From positions 1,754-65,753 of the forward strand of contig JAGLLT010000017.1 in the NCBI GenBank assembly GCA_023140385.1: a stretch of DNA of 64,000 nt, read 5' to 3'. The translations under genes and the position numbers were made by a program. Source of the stretch: Candidatus Omnitrophota bacterium. GTDB lineage: Bacteria > Omnitrophota > Gorgyraeia > JAGLLT01. This document shows positions 59,539 through 64,000 of this stretch, piece after piece. The notes under the pieces were generated by a model. That model did not search any database. It was not told where the DNA came from and saw only the letters and a program-made list of their open reading frames with translations. Positions within the stretch are counted from its first letter, which is position 1. The number at the start of each line of letters is the position of its first letter.

Positions 59539-60624
59539 TTAACTATCGTCAAATTTCAGATTTAGTAAAATTCCCGCCAAAATTAAAAAAACTATTATGT
59601 GTGAACCGCCATAACTGATAAAAGGCAGGGGCAGGCCGACTACAGGCATAAGGCCGATGCACATGCATATATTTATCACAACGTGAAGCACAAATAGAGT
59701 ACTTATGCCAACCGCCAGCAATTTTTTCTCCATATTCTCCGACCTCTGGGCTATGTTAAGCCCTTCCCAGATAATAATGAAAAAAAGCAGTATTACAATT
59801 ACGGCGCCGATAAATCCCCACTCCTCACCAATGCAGGAAAAGATAAAGTCCGTATGATGTTCAGGCAAAAAATTCAACTGCCCCTGGCTCCCCCTAAGCA
59901 GCCCTTTTCCCCAAAAACCACCGGAACCGATAGCGATTTTTGACTGAATGATAGTGTATCCGGCGCCCAGCGGGTCAATATCGGGATTAATAAAAACCAG
60001 AAGTCTCTGTTTCTGATAATCTTTCAAGAGAGTCCATAAAAGCGGAGCGGCCGCCGCGCCGGATATAAACGTTAAGACAATATACCTTAATCTTATACCC
60101 CAGATGTAAAGCATAGCAAAAAGAATGGGGATAAAAATTAAAGAAGTCCCCAGATCAGGCTGCTTCAGGATAAGTATCACCGGAAAAAAAACCAGGATAA
60201 GGCAGACTGCCACACATCCGGCCCCCGCTTCTTTGTATTTATAAGAAGATAAAAATCTGGCCAGAGTTAAAATGATTACCAGCTTCATCAGCTCCGAAGG
60301 CTGGCAATTTACGCCAAAAAAGGAAACCCATCTGGCCGCGCCCAACTTCGGCTGGGCGATAAACATTACTATTAAAAGCAAAATTAAATTAGCGGCATAA
60401 AAAAGATAAGATAATTCCAGAAGTCTTTTGTAGTTGATGATAAAAACTAAACCCGCGAGACAGGCGCCAATGGCAATCCATCTTAGCTGTAAAGCGACGT
60501 AGTTTATCTTCGTTCCCGACTCACCGCCATACGAAGCGCTATAAAGAGCCGCGCAGCCTAAAATAAGAAGTAAAATTAAGGCCGACGGCAATAAATAACT
60601 TCTCTTTCGCTCACTTAATATCAT
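59539..60624 (-). CDS. rodA: Rod shape-determining protein RodA
   Basis: QPSE, QPDLGT, IGSGG, PEHHTDFIF, EEWG, SYGGS. Confidence 0.95.
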   Translation of the reverse strand: MILSERKRSYLLPSALILLLILGCAALYSASYGGESGTKINYVALQLRWIAIGACLAGLVFIINYKRLLELSYLFYAANLILLLIVMFIAQPKLGAARWVSFFGVNCQPSELMKLVIILTLARFLSSYKYKEAGAGCVAVCLILVFFPVILILKQPDLGTSLIFIPILFAMLYIWGIRLRYIVLTFISGAAAAPLLWTLLKDYQKQRLLVFINPDIDPLGAGYTIIQSKIAIGSGGFWGKGLLRGSQGQLNFLPEHHTDFIFSCIGEEWGFIGAVIVILLFFIIIWEGLNIAQRSENMEKKLLAVGISTLFVLHVVINICMCIGLMPVVGLPLPFISYGGSHIIVFLILAGILLNLKFDDS

Positions 60625-62348
60625 TATTTTGATAAATACTTCCTTTTAATAAATTCAATAATTTGCCTGCTTACGCCGGCGGCCTCAACGCCGCCTGCAC
60701 CGCCATGCTCTAAAAAAACTACCAGGGCAAACTCCGGTTTATCGGCCGGAAAAAAACAGGTAAAACAGGCATGCGTAAGCCCGGAGGAAGTTTGGGCGGT
60801 CGCGGTTTTTCCGGCTACCCTAACTCCTTCAACCTGAGCTCTCCTGCCTGTACCGCTGTCAGAGACAACCAACTTTAATCCGCGCCTGACAATATCAAGG
60901 TTTTCCTTTTTAAAATTAAGCCTCCTGGGCTTTTTTGAGCAGGCTTCCAAATCAGCTATCTTTTTGACTATCTGAGGGCAAACCAGATTGCCTCCGTTAG
61001 CAATTACGGAAATCATCCTTAATATTTGGATGGGCGTAGCCAGAAAATAACCCTGCCCGATGGCAAATATTACCGTCTCTCCGTCATACCACCGCTCTCC
61101 CTTTTTTTTCAGCTTCCACTCTTTATCCGGTACCAAGCCGGCCGCTTCACCCCCCAACTCTATTCCTGTAGGCCTGCCAAAACCAAATTGTCTCGCGTAA
61201 GAACTCAAGGAATCAATTCCCGCGCCTAAACCCGCCTTATAAAAAAATACGTTACAGGAATTTTTCAGAGCATCAATAATCGTCTCTTCACCGTGACCTT
61301 TTGAATACCAGCAGCGAAAGGTGCTTCTCCCGAGTTTAAAGTAGCCGGGGCAATTAATGGTTTGCCCGACATCTACAACCTTTGTCTCTAAAGCGCAAAG
61401 AGCGGTCACTACCTTAAATACCGAGCCGCTTGGATAAGCAGACTGAATATTCCTGTTCGTCATAACCGAATCTTTTGAGTTAAAGATTACTTTAATTTTT
61501 CTGCTTCTTTGGGGAGAGGGACTGACGATGACGTTGGGATTAAAGCTGGGAGTGCTTACCATAGCCAGAACTTCGCCGCTAAAGGGGTTCATAACACAAA
61601 CAGCGGCTTTTCTTTCTTTAGTCAGGTTGTAAATATAATTCTGCAGTTCAATATCAATAGTAAGGTGCAGATCTTTACCTTTCCGAGGAGCTTTGTGGCC
61701 TAATATCTTTATCCACCTCCCTTTGTTGTCCACCTCAATCTGATATCCGCCGTCTTCTCCTTTCAGATAGCTGTCAAAGGCCGCTTCTAATCCGGTGCGC
61801 CCGATAAAGTCAACTATCCTGTAGCCATAAAACCTCAGCTTTTTATACTCCTGCCAGGTTAGCTTGGTTATGTAGCCGATTAAGTGCGCCGTTGACTCCT
61901 CATAGACATATTCCCTTAGGGGAACTGTCTCAATTACAATTCCCTTTAACCGCAAAATCTTCTCCTCAATCAATATCGCCTTCTTTTTAGGAATGTCCTC
62001 CGCTACAACCGCCGGCACAAAAGGATTTATCGCGTTTTGTTTTAGTTTTTCCCTTAATGCCGCGACCGGTATTTCGAGGATAGCGGAAAGCTTTGTCAGG
62101 GTAGAGCTGTTGCTGCCGGCCTCACGCGGTATAACCGCCGCGTTAAAAGAGAGCCTGCTTTTAGCCAGAAGCTTCCCTTCCCGGTCGTATATGTTTCCTC
62201 TGGCGGCCATGATAGGTATTAAGCGCACCCTGTTTTCCCGGCTTTGTCTTTTATAATGCTGGCCCTTGAAAAGCTGAATTCGCCCCAGGCCGGTTATCAG
62301 CAGGATAAAGGATAGTAAAATCACTAATTTAATATGAACGATTCTCAT
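60624..62348 (-). CDS. mrdA: Penicillin-binding protein 2
   Basis: RGNIYDR, SVFK, SCN, IGQG, KTA; in the mre operon. Confidence 0.93.
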   Translation of the reverse strand: MRIVHIKLVILLSFILLITGLGRIQLFKGQHYKRQSRENRVRLIPIMAARGNIYDREGKLLAKSRLSFNAAVIPREAGSNSSTLTKLSAILEIPVAALREKLKQNAINPFVPAVVAEDIPKKKAILIEEKILRLKGIVIETVPLREYVYEESTAHLIGYITKLTWQEYKKLRFYGYRIVDFIGRTGLEAAFDSYLKGEDGGYQIEVDNKGRWIKILGHKAPRKGKDLHLTIDIELQNYIYNLTKERKAAVCVMNPFSGEVLAMVSTPSFNPNVIVSPSPQRSRKIKVIFNSKDSVMTNRNIQSAYPSGSVFKVVTALCALETKVVDVGQTINCPGYFKLGRSTFRCWYSKGHGEETIIDALKNSCNVFFYKAGLGAGIDSLSSYARQFGFGRPTGIELGGEAAGLVPDKEWKLKKKGERWYDGETVIFAIGQGYFLATPIQILRMISVIANGGNLVCPQIVKKIADLEACSKKPRRLNFKKENLDIVRRGLKLVVSDSGTGRRAQVEGVRVAGKTATAQTSSGLTHACFTCFFPADKPEFALVVFLEHGGAGGVEAAGVSRQIIEFIKRKYLSK

Positions 62349-62841
62349 AGGCTAAAAACCCTAACGACTTCTTTAAAAAAATACAAAGCGGGCCAAAAAT
62401 AAAGGTGGAATACAGCGCCGTCGGCAGGATTACCATTTTAAGCGCCTCGATAAAACCCGCGAGAGGCAGAAAAACTCTCGAGGCCAGATAATAAAGACTA
62501 TAAACCGCCAAAACAGAACTAAAACATATAAAAAGCTGTATCGGAATATTTTCGCGATACACCCTTTGGCCGTATAAGGGCAAAACAAAACCGCACAAAC
62601 CAAAGGTTAAAATATTTAAGCCAAAAATCCCACCTGACAATACGTCACCGATAAAACCGGCAAAAAGCGCCGTCTTCAGGCAAAAGGAACCTTCAAAGTA
62701 AAAGGTGGAGAAGATAACGATTGTCAGTAGAATATCCGGTTTTACGCCGGCAACGCGGAAACGGTACAAAAAAGTTGCCTGCATAAGCGCCGCCAAAATC
62801 ACAAAAAAAATCAAAAACTGCTTTTGACTTCTTTTACGCAT
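62329..62841 (-). CDS. mreD: Rod shape-determining protein MreD
   Basis: KPDILL, GFIGD, multi-TM; position in the operon. Confidence 0.88.
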   Translation of the reverse strand: MRKRSQKQFLIFFVILAALMQATFLYRFRVAGVKPDILLTIVIFSTFYFEGSFCLKTALFAGFIGDVLSGGIFGLNILTFGLCGFVLPLYGQRVYRENIPIQLFICFSSVLAVYSLYYLASRVFLPLAGFIEALKMVILPTALYSTFIFGPLCIFLKKSLGFLAYENRSY

Positions 62842-63599
62842 AAGACCTCCTCAAGCTTCATCAAGGCGGCCTCCGGCCGCACCAGAGCAATGGTATACAA
62901 GGAGGAAGCATCGTGGCTGATACTAATAACCTCCCCTATCAAAAGGCCTTCGGGATATAACCCGCTATTGGCGGAAGTAACTACCTTATCCCCCTGCATT
63001 ATCTTGCTTTCCAAAGGCAGGTATTTCATCCGGCATAAACCTTTATAGACACCTTCTAAAAGGGCTTCATCTCTGGTTCGTTGAATTTTGGCCGCTACGC
63101 GAGAAACCGGATCGGTCAAAAGCATCACCCTGCACACTCCTCCATCGGCCTCTATTACCCTTCCCGCCAAGCCGGAGCAAGATAGAACCGCCGCGCCTTC
63201 TCTTATTCCATCATTTGTTCCTTTATCAATTATTATTGTGTTAAACCAGTTTGTCGTATCCCGCCCGATGACCCTCGATGCAACTGTGTCAAATAGAACT
63301 TTTTCTTTAAACTCAAAAAGCTTCTGAAGCCGGAGATTCTCCAACCGGATCTCTTCAAAAGAAGTAAGCCTCCCCTTTAATAGACCCACCTCCCGCCTTA
63401 GGGCGCTATTTGACTGAAGTATATGTTTATATTCCAGGAGGCCGGCTAAATTTCTTGAAGATACTTCTGAGGCACTTAGAGGATATTTAAATGCTGAAAG
63501 AAAGACATTTTTTATTTTATTAGAAACTCTATTTGGAAGGAATACTATAGCTATAAATATTAAAGCGCATACAATCCAAGTGATTCTTTTTATAATCAC
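62811..63599 (-). CDS. mreC: Rod shape-determining protein MreC
   Basis: ENLRLQKL, IDKG, GLAGRV, VVTS, YPEGLLIG. Confidence 0.93.
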   Translation of the reverse strand: MIIKRITWIVCALIFIAIVFLPNRVSNKIKNVFLSAFKYPLSASEVSSRNLAGLLEYKHILQSNSALRREVGLLKGRLTSFEEIRLENLRLQKLFEFKEKVLFDTVASRVIGRDTTNWFNTIIIDKGTNDGIREGAAVLSCSGLAGRVIEADGGVCRVMLLTDPVSRVAAKIQRTRDEALLEGVYKGLCRMKYLPLESKIMQGDKVVTSANSGLYPEGLLIGEVISISHDASSLYTIALVRPEAALMKLEEVLCVKEVKSSF

Positions 63600-63610
63600 T
63601 TACTTAATCC

Positions 63611-64000
63611 CTATGCTTCATATTTTGCGGAAATACTTACCTTTTTCAGATACTTTATTTCATCCAGCATTTTGCCCGTCCCCAGGCAAACAGCAGTCAG
63701 CGGATCATCGGCTACATTAACCGGCAGGCCTGTCTCCTCAGCCAGAAGCTTATCAAGATTGCGCAGGAGAGCCCCTCCACCGGCAAGAATCAAGCCTCTA
63801 TCAACTAAATCAGCGGAAAGCTCCGGCGGTGTCCTTTCGAGTGTGGCTCTTACCGACTCAATAATTAAGGCAATCGGTTCAGAAAGCGCCTCTCTGACTT
63901 CTTCTGAAGAGATAGTTAATGTTTTGGGAAGGCCGGCCACTAAATCACGCCCCTTAACTTCCATAGACAACTCTTCATCCAGCGGATAAGCGGAACCTAT
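63611..64000 (-). CDS. mreB: MreB (partial, 3' part)
   Basis: KGRDLVAGLP, LERTPPELSAD, GGGALL. Confidence 0.95.
   Translation of the reverse strand: MGSAYPLDEELSMEVKGRDLVAGLPKTLTISSEEVREALSEPIALIIESVRATLERTPPELSADLVDRGLILAGGGALLRNLDKLLAEETGLPVNVADDPLTAVCLGTGKMLDEIKYLKKVSISAKYEA

Noticed and set aside
5529-63989. Numerous short antisense or overlapping ORFs in the track
   Set aside because: Shadows of well-supported genes, with no recognisable motifs

Overview
Bacterial chromosomal window, nearly all genes on the minus strand. PEP-CTERM proteins, several PilB-type ATPases and the gene content suggest a PVC-group organism such as Omnitrophota; this is inference, not tested. Core content: a tRNA-Pro/Arg/His cluster, rph-rdgB, a split fumarate hydratase, queDCEF, murI and an amidase, rimP-nusA-infB-trpS-scpAB-pheA-hisC-aroF-tyrA-cmk-plsC-rpsA, and mreBCD-mrdA-rodA. 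Accessory content: three PEP-CTERM surface proteins (two with protease motifs), a signalling operon and a type IV pilus motor operon containing GGDEF and MshEN proteins. Most notable: (1) two sensors with no output domain end in a shared 'RELKM' helix beside a kinase with an 'RKATLNILED' insert, a possible trans-docking system; (2) a 20-bp palindrome occurs twice, and an uninterrupted version of each target is also in the window; (3) heptamer-periodic repeat families surround four-helix-bundle genes and supply stop codons to neighbouring genes; (4) a GGDEF-STAND-HEAT protein and a standalone MshEN protein lie between pilT and two pilB genes. No rRNA, CRISPR, integrase or transposase was seen.
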